The notes below the pieces were generated by a model. It made no database searches. It was not told the origin of the DNA and was given only the letters and a program-made list of their open reading frames with translations. A stretch of 64,000 bases of DNA from Mobula birostris (lineage: Eukaryota), in assembly GCF_030028105.1 (NCBI RefSeq), contig NC_092379.1, positions 28,947,821 through 29,011,820 on the forward strand, in the 5' to 3' direction. Position numbers and translations under genes: made by a program. Position 1 is the stretch's first letter; each line of letters begins with the position of its first letter. This document shows positions 13,560 to 25,475 of this stretch, one piece after another.

Positions 13560-13796
13560 TTGACAGATACTTGAAATCGCTAGTATAAGTAAAATTCAGT
13601 GTTATGGTCAGTCCTTATTCGAGCGTTAATTCAGGAGGGTCCTGTTTCACTAAATCTTCCCTCTCGCTTCTGCAAGAAAGAACACGTGTATGAGCATCCC
13701 TGGTTTGCAATACAACCACGGGGCACTGATTGTCCATCACAGAGACTCACGGTACAGAACAGATAATGTAATTAGTGAGGAACGGAAGGGACGCAT
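13560..13796 (-). pseudogene. 5' remnant of a divergent V segment (leader, intron, FR1)
   Basis: 46-nt leader MRPFRSSLITLSVLY (13751-13796), GTGAG donor, TTTCTTGCAG acceptor (13670), then DLVKQDPPELTLE*GLTITLNFTY; 3' part not recognisable. Confidence 0.7.
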
Positions 13797-14589
13797 AGTG
13801 TCAGCACAGGCGATAGACCAGAAGCGAAATTGTAGGGTGAGAATGGATCAGCGACATAGTTCTCCGTGGGTAAGACTTGGGGCGTTTTCCTGCTAAAGTA
13901 TTAGATGATAAAGCGGAATCGGGCTTATTTAGACAGAAAGCGGCATCTATTTTAGTTCTCTTCTTCTATGCTATTTTTACCGCTCCGTCAATCATCGAAG
14001 TCATCAGGGAATCTGATAACTATCGCTGCCCTACAGTCTCCCTACACCCTACATGCCTACCTTTCCACAAGTGTTTATTTTTGTCGTTCCCTCTCTACCG
14101 ATTGTGATCTTCCTCTCATGGCCCCTGCTCGGTTGCAGTCGCTGTAGCATTGAGTTATTGAGGCTCCAAGACAAATGGGTGACATGGCCGAGTGCTGAAG
14201 ATGGAATAAATTTCCATTGCCTCTACATGCGGGGGTTCAAATCCCACCCTGGTCTATTGAAGTCATTTCTGCTTCTGTTTATCGGTGTCGATGCATTGAC
14301 TTTTTTTTTTGAATGGAAAGAATGGACATTGAAATCCGAAATGAAGCCTAACGGCAACCCCTTTCCTTACAACTTGGGAAACAGCTCTATTCCCATCTTG
14401 AATATCTCTATTTTCCCCTTTTAGGGTTCTTTTGAAGAGCCTGACCCGCAGCTGCATGCTGACTTCAGTTCTTTGCGGAAATGGGGTCGTTCCCGGGGTT
14501 CCACGACTGGCCGTTATTCGATATCAAGGATGCGGCCTAAGAAATTAGTGGCTCTGGAGACTGGCGAACCGAAGGTCAGTGTCTGCAGG

Positions 14590-15105
14590 AATCCGGTGTG
14601 TCGACTGCACCGCAAAACGAAAGTAACGAGCTGGCTGCTGGCTGTGTGCCCCTAGACCCTCTATATTTGGGCACAGAGCTCAGAAATCGGACTTTTGACA
14701 TCGCAAATCGCCGATGTTTGTTTTGTCTCCCCTCTGAATGTGAAACAGAGCCATCTCTTTCTCCCTTAGAAAGACCTGTAGTATGTCGAATAACGGGTGA
14801 ACAAATAGTCTTTCGAGTAGTGCAAGTCTGTGTCTCTACTGATGCTTTGCTGCACACTTAAGTGCACGGTGGTGGGTGCCGATGCTTTTTACTGGTGGGG
14901 GAGAGAGGATTGTTGATTTGCTGCCGTTTATGCGTTTGACGGAGGAGCTGGGGGAGGTCTTTGGGGTTCTAACATTTAAGTGTCGTTCATTCTTTGGGGG
15001 CACTCCTCTGTTTTTCCTGGATGGTTGCGAAGAAAAAGGATTTTAGGATGCATGTGGTATCTATTTCTCTCACATTAATTGTACCTTTGAAGCCTTTGAA
15101 ATCTA
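14590..15105 (+). mobile_element. Probable non-LTR retroelement 3' end / SINE-like repeat
   Basis: Ends in a short repeated tail (CCTTTGAAGCCTTTGAA); no coding homology seen; assignment is by general appearance only. Confidence 0.4.
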
Positions 15106-15429
15106 ATCAGTGTTGACAAAAGGGACACATGACTTGAAATATTGGGCTAGTCTAAAAAGGTCTGAGGGGAGAGGACGTTCAGGCTTTACATCAACAGGTT
15201 CTCCTGAAAATGTCAAAGGACATTAGCGCGCAAAAAAATAAATTTCATATATTTTATATTTATCAGGATGGCCATTGCTGATCCATGGTGATAGGGTTAA
15301 CGTGATTAGGGCCCTCCTTAGATCAATTTATCGTAAAATGCAACTCGTTGAAGTCAACGTGAAAGAGCACAGCCTTTCCAAATTAGCTTGAAGTATTCTA
15401 TATGCGTTTTGAACAGAAGAGAGCAGCTA

Positions 15430-15840
15430 CGTTACGATCCACACAGAGATCTTCCAATGCACCTGAAGCCACATTCAGCGCCGTAGATGTAAGTTCCATC
15501 ATCAGCAGAGTGAACCCGTGGAAAATACCAGGACTGGGTGGTGTCTAAGGCATTGTGGTTAGTTGCTGCACAACTCAGTTCACGGGGCTACATGCAGAAC
15601 ATTTTCACCTCGTCCCACTTCAATATGAGGCTTCTACCTGGCTTAGAAGATCACTATTAAGTTTGTATCTCAGAAAAAAAAAGTAACGTGCCTTATTGAC
15701 CACCGGCCAATGACTCTGAATCTCTGAATCCATCATCATTACGTGATCATGGCACAGATTAACTCCAGCTATCCAGCCAAACTCGACCCACTGCTGTTCA
15801 CTACTGCCAAAGCAATTCAACAGTGGACGCCTGCTTCCTA
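15430..15840 (+). mobile_element. Degenerate Rex/L2-like RT fragment
   Basis: AGAGTGAACCCGTGGAAAATACCAGGACTGGGTGGTGTC resembles the RVNP.KA.GPDG motif, followed by C..QL. Confidence 0.45.
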
Positions 15841-16096
15841 GTCTTACATGCATCTACAGGTGGACGTTAAGCGAACCCACATTCGCTAGACAGCTGTTAT
15901 CGATCGCGCCATGTAAAGTCCCAGTTTGGGTGCGCGTTGTATCAGGAAAAGTTCCTTTAGCTGCGGCGCCCTGTGCTGCTGATTGCAGCTCTCTTAAGAA
16001 GGGCAGGAAACCATGGCTGATTTCCGGGTGCGCCCCTCCCACTTTCTGGGCAAAAAGACGCCCTCAACTGAGAGCATTTTGCATTATTCAGGACCG

Positions 16097-16560
16097 GTTT
16101 CTTGTCCGGACCGCCATCTGCATTCAACTTTATGATACTCATTGCACAAAGATGCATACTGGATTCTGAAGCATGAGCTTAAACGATCTGCAATTGAGCT
16201 GTCTTGCTGTCTTCCTGCAGACTAGCGGTGAATCCCGCTGGGAAATCTGGATGCCGCTGTATTCTTCCTGTGCTATATACGGTCAGCAAATAATTTGGAG
16301 GTTTTCCACAATGCTGACTCCACCAAAATATATCTGCATCTTCGTGTTATGGTTCAGTGTTATGGTCTGTCCTTTTTCAGCCGTTATGTAGGGAGGATCC
16401 TGCGTCTCTGAGTCATTAAACTACTCGTTTCTGCAATAAAGGGCAGAATACATCAACATCGCTACTTGTATTGAACGCCGGAGAAATTCGCTGGCCACCT
16501 TCGCAGAGACACACCAGGCAGCACAGCCAATTCAAATTCGATTGAACACAGAGAAATCAT
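16097..16560 (-). pseudogene. V pseudogene, family A (A3)
   Basis: Leader 16515-16560; frameshift at the V exon start, deletion removing the first Cys, degenerate RSS (CATAAAG, ~22-bp spacer, ACAAGAAAC). Confidence 0.85.
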
Positions 16561-17889
16561 GATGTCTAATTTCCTGCTGGATCGACCGGCTGACGCCTTC
16601 CAGGTCGCAAATATCACTTAGCAGTTAGTGTTGTGTGGGATCGCTGAAGCGGTACCTTTTACTATGTGTAACCCCGGGGACGTTTCCCTGGTTAAAAAAT
16701 TCGCTAACACTAAGAACCGAGCCTTTCTGAGCGCTATTCAGAATCCGCTTTGTTTCCACTCGTCCTTCTGGGTTTTTCTCCTCTCATTTATGGTCCCGCG
16801 TCTACCCCCCACACTATCCCGTCTCTCTGTGTCTCTTTATCTCTGTCTCACGCTCTCTCTTTCTTAGTATGCCCAACTGCCTATTCCCCCTGTTCTCTGC
16901 ATAATCACAGCATATTCACGTATTTCTCGATGTGTAATCAAAATCAGTTATGAATGTTCACGTGGTCGCTTCGTCATATTCGTCAATATTACGCCTGAAG
17001 TATTTATTTATTTATTTAGTTAGTTAGTTAGTTAGTTATTTAGAGATATATCCAGAATTGTCCCTTAAATCAACATTTATCAGTCTTCCGGCATTGAACT
17101 AGTTATTCAATGTCAGCAAAAGCTCATCTGGTTGTTCCCTAATCTTTGTTTGCTGTTAGGGAGCCAATCTCCTATCCACGCCAATAGACTCCTGACAGCA
17201 TCCTTTATGCAGCCACCACTCCTTTCGTTAAAAAAAAACTCACATATGGCAGTCCCCGAATCTTTGTTTTCTGTTAGTGAACAAAAGACTGAACATTCTT
17301 CAAAAGAAGGACAAAATGACTGAACATCCATTTCTCCTGCTGCACCCGCAAGACACACACTGTATAAATCATCAATGTAGGTTTCAGCTGGTGGTGGGAT
17401 AATCGTTTAGTAAAAAGGCCAGTCCACTTGGGATTCATTTTCAATGCGAAAGATGAACATCTATTTATCTCCACTTTGAAGAAGCTAATGTTAATAGACG
17501 CCGCATGAAATTTATCTTCATCTAAGCATTTAGTGTTACAGCTAATAGGATGCTGTCTGGTCATATACACCCTCAGTATTTCCAGATTGCACTCATCTTC
17601 ATTGCTAATCCCTCAAGGTGGTGCAAAATTAAGTCCACAAAAAAATATAGCCACAAGATATTGTTATAGGCAATAAAGAGAGAGATGGTCACCGAGATGT
17701 AGTGGAATTGTTCCGGAAAACCGTCACGATATCTCTAGGTAAAGCTAAACTTAAGAAGTGTTCCACAAAGTTGGGCGCATTTTGCTGCTGAAAGCAGCGT
17801 TTTAAGTTGACCACGTGATCCTCATGCTCTGTGCGTGCAGCTGTTCCAGTTTCCCAGCAAAAGTCGCCCTCTAGTGATCACACAAGGCT

Positions 17890-18338
17890 GGATGTTGCCC
17901 GTAACCGCTGTCTCCCTGCAACACTGAGTGGTCCATTGCACAGAGGTATACGCCAGAGTCCGGGACAAGAATTCCAGAGATATTTAAATGAGCTTATTCT
18001 GCTTTTGTGCACATCAGCTGCAAACCTCGTTGAATATTCTGGAGCCCGCTCTAGTGTTCCTGAGCCATATAGCTTCAGCAGTATTTTTACGAAATTTTCC
18101 GCAATGCTGAGTATATCAAAAATACTTTCATCAGTACGTGTATAATTTCAGTGTTATGATCTGATTTTCCTCGGCCATTAATTTTGGAGCATCCTAGATC
18201 ATTCAATTGTTCCCTTTCGTTCCTGCAATGAAGGGAAGAATGCAGTAATATCCCTGACTTGCTCTGAACTAACGTGGCACTCCCTGGTTGTGTATGCTGA
18301 ATGACGAATGTAATCAATGATAAACGGAGGGAACACAT
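17890..18338 (-). pseudogene. V pseudogene, family B (B2), with 23-RSS remnant
   Basis: Leader ATG 18338 with donor deleted; ends DSGVYLCAMD; CTCAGTG (17922-17928)-23-GCAACATCC (17890-17898). Confidence 0.8.
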
Positions 18339-18541
18339 ACTCCCTGGCTTCAGCCTCGACAGAAAGGCAACTTACTTCTGACAATTTATCACTATGGCAA
18401 GTATTGAAGAGTAAAACTGTATCAAAATAGACTTCACGGTGCCCTGCTCAACGATGGCAGATAAAACAAACTGAGACTACATGAGGACGAATCAGAATCC
18501 GCTTTCTTTGAATTCCCATTTTTGCCTTTTTCCCAACAATA

Positions 18542-18545
<4 letters not shown>

Positions 18546-18610
<65 letters not shown>

Positions 18611-18640
18611 CTATCTCTATCTCTATCTATCTATCTCTCT
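18546..18640. repeat. Compound microsatellite (CT)n(CTAT)n
   Basis: Directly visible; similar tracts at ~3100, 10290, 20040, 37970, 40905, 52105, 59700 and 63550. Confidence 0.95.
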
Positions 18641-18939
18641 CGCTCTACCAGCTCACTCTTGCTTACATTGCGATTCTGCCCTGCTCTCTCGCTTCTTACA
18701 CCATGTGACACCATGCGAAGCAGCGTATTATTGATTCATTCGCAAAATTTTTACTTGCAGTTGTTTCTGTTATCTAATATCATCAGCCCTTTAAGTCATT
18801 GACGAATTCCTTTCAATTTTTCAGCATTCCGCTGGATATTCCTTGTCAACAGCACACCAAATATTTATTGCCGTGGATCAGCTGGGCTTGGATGCTGAGG
18901 GGATACCGAAGGCTTCCGTTAGAGCAAGAAAACACTGCG

Positions 18940-19400
18940 AACACTGAGGTGTCAGGATCCTGTATCGCTGTGGAAATTTGAGTGCTGATCTGCGAACGCT
19001 ATTCAGTGGTGTCCGACACAACGCTCACGAAGATATTTAAGCCTTTGTTGCCCAGAGACCAGAAAAACTGAACGGACTGTCCTCGAGTAGACCAAAATCT
19101 CCAGTCTTGAATATTTTCATCGGTTTTCCAGAATATTCATCGCACAACATATAGGCTCTGCCAGATACCAAGCCACTGCAACTCAGTGACACGGTCTGCC
19201 CTTCCACGTTCATTAAATCCCTCCTATAGGTACACAAAATCTGCCCCACTTCTCCCTGTCAGAAGTCTCGAATGTGTGAGGGGCGCTGGAACGCAGTGAC
19301 CCTGCAGGACACATTCTGACCGATTAAAAAGATTCAACAGACAAAGTAGTCGATACAGAGAAATTCCAAGGGGTGCTTGTAGCGGGAACATGGTGCATTG
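18940..19400 (-). pseudogene. Degenerate V relic, family C (C2)
   Basis: RDLMNVEGQTVSLSCSG..AYMLCDEYSGKP; paralog of C1. Confidence 0.6.
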
Positions 19401-19639
19401 CATAATATAAACTGAGGTTGATTTCTCCAATAAAAGAGAAGTAATTCAGGTAAAGGTAAGCAGAAAGTTTCCGAGAGAATCTGCGCTTCCGTTTCGAAGC
19501 ATATGCAGATTTTATTTCTAAATTAGGGCACTATAGCAATCCTAAAACTGCAGTGGAGTAACTCGACTCACCCCCGCCCCACCCACCCCGCCATGCATTT
19601 TGCCTCCGCCTATCTCCGTCATGCTCCTGTTCGTGCATC

Positions 19640-19820
19640 AACAAAGCTGGCTTGTATTGAACGCCCGGGAGATTCGCTGGCCAGCTTCGCAGGCTACCTA
19701 GGCAACACAGCCAATGCAATCAGTCTAAATCAGAGATTAGATTAGATTCAACTTTATTGTCATTGTGCCGAGTACAGATACAAAGCCAATGAAATTCATT
19801 TATTAAGTGAGGGAAAGCAT
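19640..19820 (-). pseudogene. Family A leader/intron fragment with a short insertion in the leader
   Basis: Promoter and ATG (19820) match family A; leader interrupted by an AGATTAGATTAGATTCAACTTTATTGTC.. insert; V exon missing. Confidence 0.75.
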
Positions 19821-20034
19821 GGTGTCTAATCTTTGTCTTGATCGAACGGCAGATTTATTCCAGGACGTAATTAACAATCAATAGATATTGTGGTGTGAGA
19901 TCGTTTCAGCACTACCTTCACTGACTGGAAGAACCGAAACCTTTCCGAGCACCGAACAGAATCAGCTTCGTTTCCCTTCGTCATTCTGCTCGTTTCTCCG
20001 TTCGTTCAAGGGCGCATGCACACCACACCACCCA

Positions 20035-20079
<45 letters not shown>

Positions 20080-20253
20080 CTCTCTCTCTCCCTCTCTCTC
20101 TCGATGCCAATGGGAGAGATGGAGAGATTACTGCCGATTCCCAGTTAGGAATACCGGTATAAAAGGAATGCTTCATGCTGACTGCAACATCGAAATAGTG
20201 ACTGCTGATTCCTCTCTCGCTTTTGAACGAGCCATATCAGTCTCTCATTTATT

Positions 20254-20287
<34 letters not shown>

Positions 20288-22319
20288 CCTGTGAAACGAT
20301 GAAATGTTGCAGTAAACAGCTACCTTTTGTTGCACTGTAGACCAAGCTCCTCTTTGTGTTTGCGGTTGTTTCGATGGTGGTTGGTGGTGGAACTGCTGAT
20401 ACTATATGCTAGAATAAGTGAGAGATGCAGAAGCTGGTCAGGTTAATTCTGCTTGTCGCTGATTGAGCGACTGATATGGCAGGGGACTTTTTAGGTTCTT
20501 ATCTTTTTTCTGATATTGATGCTTGTGTTTTTGCTCTTTTTTAAGGATGTCTGTGGAGACAGTAAATTTTAGGTTGTGTATTTTGTACCTCTCTGATTTT
20601 AAGCGGAACTGTTGAAACAAGCTGGGCATTCGTTTCGCTGTACCCTGGTACAACTGACAACAACAAATATATAATATACATAAACCAGTTTGATGTAACT
20701 GTCAGCGTCTGCAAAGTGAAGGAATATATCAGGCTGTCCTTCATTAGTTCACAGAACATGGGCTGAGCAGGAAAGTGGCGGTGGTGGTGGACTGCAGAGT
20801 GCCTATCATGACACCCTGGCGATATCTGGTGTCATGAAACAGAGATTCGGTTCGATTCTGACCTTCCGATGCTGTCAGCGGATACTTACGTGCTCAGCTT
20901 CCACAATTCCCGAGTTGCTATGTTTTCCACTGCCCGAAAAAGACGCTCTTGGTAGCACGTGCTCATAATCGGAGGATCAGTGAATGTACATGTTAAGAGG
21001 AATTTGCGAAAATGGACAGATAAATCAGTTGACAATAAGACCATTAGATATAGGAACTCAAGTAGGCCATTTGGCTTGTCGAATCACCTCCGCCATTTCA
21101 GAGGAAAAGATGTCGTGATGGAAATATTTGATACACTAAACATAATTAAAATGAGATTTTCAAAAAGACGAAATATACCTTTGGAAACAGATGTCATCAG
21201 TTTGTGCTCCTTCGACAGTAACCGGGCGTTCTCAGTGTTTGTCTCTTCCATCGGTGGGAAAACACAAATTTCTCAAACCAAGTTCCCACGAAACAAGAAT
21301 AGACTATTCCCACTTGCAAGAGTATTAAACTGTAGCATGACATTGAATCATAATCTTGGTATGACCTATCTCTTTATTTCCTGCCTGCGCTGCATTTTGC
21401 GACGTCTGTTACGGTTTATTTTTGCATCCTTTTATAGTTTTTCTTTGTACTGCCTCGATAAGCTGTGTAGTGAATTCATCTGTATAAACAGAATCAATGC
21501 AATAGGCGACAATAATTTAAAAATTCCGTTTTCAATTTAGATATGTAGCAAAATGTTACACGTGGTGATAACATCGAAACTGTTAAATCCGTTTGGCAAA
21601 CCAGATTATACAAGCAATCAATCTGTTGTGATCCCATTCCCTCTCTCTTCCTTCGTTCGCTTTTATACTGAAAATGCCTTCAAAAATATGAATCTCGGGG
21701 TAGTATGCGGTCACGTATATGTACTTTAATCATAAAATTAATTCAAACATTGAACGTTTTTCTCACAGCTTGAGAATGTAACGACCAAAATAGTATCTGA
21801 ATTCTCCAACACGCGAAGCATCCGCAGGTTCTGTCGAATTATCTAAATACTCAGTATAAATCATAAGTAGCTGCTGCAACATCCTTAATTTTAGTAGCAT
21901 GTCACTTGCAATTATTTGTCAATTCGAAAACGACCAATTTTCACACCCTCTGTTTTCCTTTATGTCAGCCATTGTGCCATTTAAATAACTCCCGGTTCCA
22001 CTCCGTCCTCATTATTTCACACTGCAGATACTTGAACAAAGTGGCCAAAGACGATGTCAAACAAGGCTGTCAATCGTGATAAGCCGTCGCTGCAAAAGAT
22101 GGTGGGTGATTGCACATTGCGGTATCCCAGAAAGTTATGAAGCTCAGTTTGTGTCCGCGTTGTAATCAGGAACTGCTCCTTTAGCTTCGGAGCCTTCTGC
22201 TGCTGAATGCAGCGGTCTGAAGAAGGGCACGTGACTGTGACTGATTTCTGGGTGCGCCCTCTGCAGATTCCGCGGAATAAGGCGCCCTCCAGTGAGACCT
22301 TTTTGCAATATACAGAACG

Positions 22320-22358
22320 AGATTTTGCACGGACTCGCCGTCCGCATATAACAGCGTG
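22320..22358 (-). other. 23-RSS of V segment A4
   Basis: Heptamer CACGCTG (22352-22358), 23-bp spacer, nonamer GCAAAATCT (22320-22328). Confidence 0.85.
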
Positions 22359-22781
22359 GTACTCATTGCGCAGAGATACATGGCAGAGTCCGACACAAGA
22401 GCTTCACGGATATTCAATTGAGACATCTTGCTGCCTTTCTCTAAAGTAGCAGTAATCCTCTCTGAATACCGCTGCGTTCCTCCTGTGCTATATAACTTCA
22501 GCAAATAATTTGGAGGTCCTCCACTATGTTGAATGTACCAAAAGATATATGCATTAGCATCGGTGTAACTACAGTTCAGTGTTACGTTCTGTCCTTCCTC
22601 AGTCGTTACATCGGGAGGAGCCTGCGTCACTGAATATTGCCCACTCGTTCCTGCAAGAAAGGACAGAATATAACAACAACGCTGGCTTGTATTGAATGCC
22701 GGGCAAACTTGCTAGCCAGCTTCGCTGAGACTCACCAGGCAGCGCAGCCAATGCAATCAGCAATGAACAGAGGGAAATCAT
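22359..22781 (-). CDS. TRAV: TCR alpha/delta-type V segment A4, intact (leader 22736-22781, V exon 22359-22650)
   Basis: MISLCSLLIALAALP-G, GT-AG intron, GTSGQYSVTQAPPDVTTEEGQNVTLNC..FWYIQH..DSAMYLCAMST, open frame, RSS. Confidence 0.9.
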
Positions 22782-22999
22782 GGTGTCTAATCTCTGGCTG
22801 AATCGAACGGCAGATTCCTTCCAGGGCGTTATTATCACAACAGATATTGTGGTAGTAGACTGTTTCAGCAATGCCTTTCACCTTGTGTAAAACCGGAGAT
22901 GTTTCTCTGGTTAAAAGATTGGCTGACAGAAAAAACCGAGCCTTCCTGAGCACCAATCAGAAGCTGTTTTGTATCTATACGTCATTCTGCCTGTTTCTC

Positions 23000-23129
23000 N
23001 NNNNNNNNNNNNNNNNNNNNNNNNNNNNNNNNNNNNNNNNNNNNNNNNNNNNNNNNNNNNNNNNNNNNNNNNNNNNNNNNNNNNNNNNNNNNNNNNNNNN
23101 NNNNNNNNNNNNNNNNNNNNNNNNNNNNN
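23000..23129. other. Assembly gap (130 N)
   Basis: Run of N where paralogs carry a (CT)n tract upstream of the V promoter. Confidence 0.95.
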
Positions 23130-24414
23130 ATTCACATACCTATCAATGTTGAATGAACATAAGTAAGACTTTTTAGGAGTTCGCTCAAAATTGACAATAT
23201 CCCGCTGGAAGTAGTTGATTACTGTATTTATTTTGTTGGTTAGTCATTTGAAGATATATCCTACAGTAGACCCTTAAGTCAATATGTTTCAATCTTCCTG
23301 CATTGAACTACTTATTCAGAGGTCATCAATAGTTGATCCAGATATTTCCTAAACTTTGTTTGCTGCGAGGGTGCTAATTTATTATCTACGCCAATAGACT
23401 CCTGACAGTACTTTCTGTGTAGCCACCACCGTTTTCGTAAAACAAAAAACCTCACATCTGGCAAATTCCTTGTAATTTCTTCCATTCGCCTCAAGATATC
23501 ATCCTCTCGCATGAGCCATTTCCACCCTGAGGTCAAAGCGCTAGTGGTCCACTTTATTTATGCCCCTTATCATATCATACACAGCTATAAAGTGACCCCT
23601 TACCTTCCGTCGTTCCAAAAAAAAGGTCCTTGCTCCCGGAAACTGAAACGTCCCGCGGATGTGTAACTCAATTTCAACATTACGATTCGTTCTCCTTCCA
23701 TCGTCGATGGAGAGAGATAAATCTTTCCCAGACGATTCTGCAAAAGAGGGGCAAAATGACTGAACACTCAATGCCCCCATTGCACATGCGAGACACCTGC
23801 TGACTAGTTGTGCAACGGTACGCCAAGCAGCATACCCATATTATCGGTAAGGATCTGGAATCACATAGAGTCGACTTTCAGGCGAGATCTAAGCCAGTTT
23901 ACATTCAAGAAACTAATGCCACAGACTGGTGAAAATTATGTCAAATACGCTGCACCCTTCACTTCGTGAGAAACCTCCGTTGTTGCAAGGGGGCGTTTAA
24001 GGAGCCGACCCAAATGCAAGACACAGGCACCGAAGTACTAGGAACTGGACTAAGTTCATCAAGAATGCAAGGGAAGTCGGGAAACAGGGATTGATCAGAG
24101 GGTAATCCAGGAAAGAGCAAAGCGTAAGCGGGAAGAAGCGTACCTGGACACGGACACAGGCCCTGGACTAGACTAGAACTAGGAGCACGGGGTCCGGACG
24201 TGGAACTTGGAACAAGGAGCCTGTACTAGGAACACGGAACTCCGGAACCAGCGTCTGCACAGGGACTCCGATCCGAAGTCTTAACTGGGACTCGGAACCT
24301 CGGTCTTTACTCGGACGCAAGACCCGGGCCTAGGCTAGTACTCCGGAGGAGGATTTGGATCGGACTTGAAACTCGACTGGGACTTGGATCGGAATTGACA
24401 CTCGACTGGGACTT

Positions 24415-24590
24415 AGAACACGAGTTCTTGACTTGGACTGGACTGGAACATGAAGCCTTGACGTGGACTGGACTAGAACACGAATCCTTGACCTTGACTG
24501 GACTGGAATGCGAAGCCTTAACTTGGACTAGACTGTAACACGAAGCCTTGACTTGGACTAGACTGTAACACGAAGCCTTGGCTTGGACTG
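24415..24590 (+). repeat. 30-bp tandem repeat, about 6 copies
   Basis: Unit ~CTTGACTTGGACTGGACTAGAACACGAAGC; minus strand reads (QVKASCSSPV)n. Confidence 0.9.
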
Positions 24591-24599
24591 TAAACACAA

Positions 24600-25030
24600 A
24601 ATAATATGCAGATTATTTTGCAGATTATCTGCAGATTGGAGGAGCAGCACCTCATATACCGTCTAGGTAGTCTCCAGCCCCTTGGTATGAGCATAGAATT
24701 TTCCAACTATCGGTAGTTCACTCTCCGTCCCTTCCTCTATCCCTATGTCACTCCGCCCCTTCCCCCAGCTGCCTATCACCTCCCTCATGGTTGCACCTCC
24801 TTCTACTATCCACTGTGTTTTCCCCTGTTCCTTCTTCACCTTTCCTGCCTATCATCTCCCTGCTTCCCCTCCCCCCCCCCTTCATCTTTCCCCTTACTGG
24901 TTTTCTTACCTGGAACCTACCAGCCTTCTCCTTCCCACACTCCCCCCACCTTCTTCATAGGGCCTCTGCCCCTTCCCCCTACAGTCCTGACGAAGGGTTC
25001 CGGCCCGCCCGAAACGTTGACTGATCGTTT
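24600..25030 (+). mobile_element. Penelope-like element 3' end
   Basis: Encodes LEEQHLIYRLGSLQPLGMSIEFSNYR*, matching the minus-strand C-terminus of the PLE at 112-1258, followed by a pyrimidine-rich tail and a hammerhead motif. Confidence 0.8.
24982..25023 (+). ncRNA. Minimal type I hammerhead ribozyme motif (PLE-associated)
   Basis: CAGTC-CTGACGA-stem II (GGG/CCC)-GAAAC-GTT-GACTG: stem I CAGTC/GACTG, intact core, palindromic ACGT stem III. Confidence 0.7.
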
Positions 25031-25039
25031 CCATGGATG

Positions 25040-25475
25040 ACAATAGATAATAGACAATAGGTGCAGGAGTAGACCATTCGGCCCTTCGAGCCAGCACCGC
25101 CATTCACTGTGATCATGACTGACCATCCACTATCAGTATCCAGTTCCTGCCCTATCCCCATAACATTTGATTCCACTATATTTTTAAGAGCTCTATCCAT
25201 CTCTTTTCTGAAAGCATTCAGAGACTTGGCCTCCACAGCCTTCTGGGGCAGAGCATTCCATATATTCACCACTCTCTGGGTGAATAAGTTTTTCCTCAAC
25301 TCCGTTCTAAATGGCCTACCCCTAATTCTTAAACGGTGGCCTCTGGTTCTGGATTCACCCATCAGCGGGAACATGCTTCCTGCCTGCAGCGTGTCAAATC
25401 CCTTAATAATCTTATATGTTTCAATAAGATCCCCCCTCAGCCTTCTAAATTCCAGAGTATACAAGCCCAGTCGCT
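25040..25475 (-). mobile_element. CR1 LINE 3' fragment nested in the PLE
   Basis: ORF 24979-25464(-) LEFRRLRGDLIETYKII..SRTRGH.LRIRG..FTQRVVNIWNALP is a CR1 ORF2 C-terminus. Confidence 0.85.

Noticed and set aside
24307-24597. ORF with QVKASCSSPV repeats, or the 30-bp array as CRISPR-like
   Set aside because: Contiguous tandem repeat with no unique spacers, in a vertebrate repeat element.
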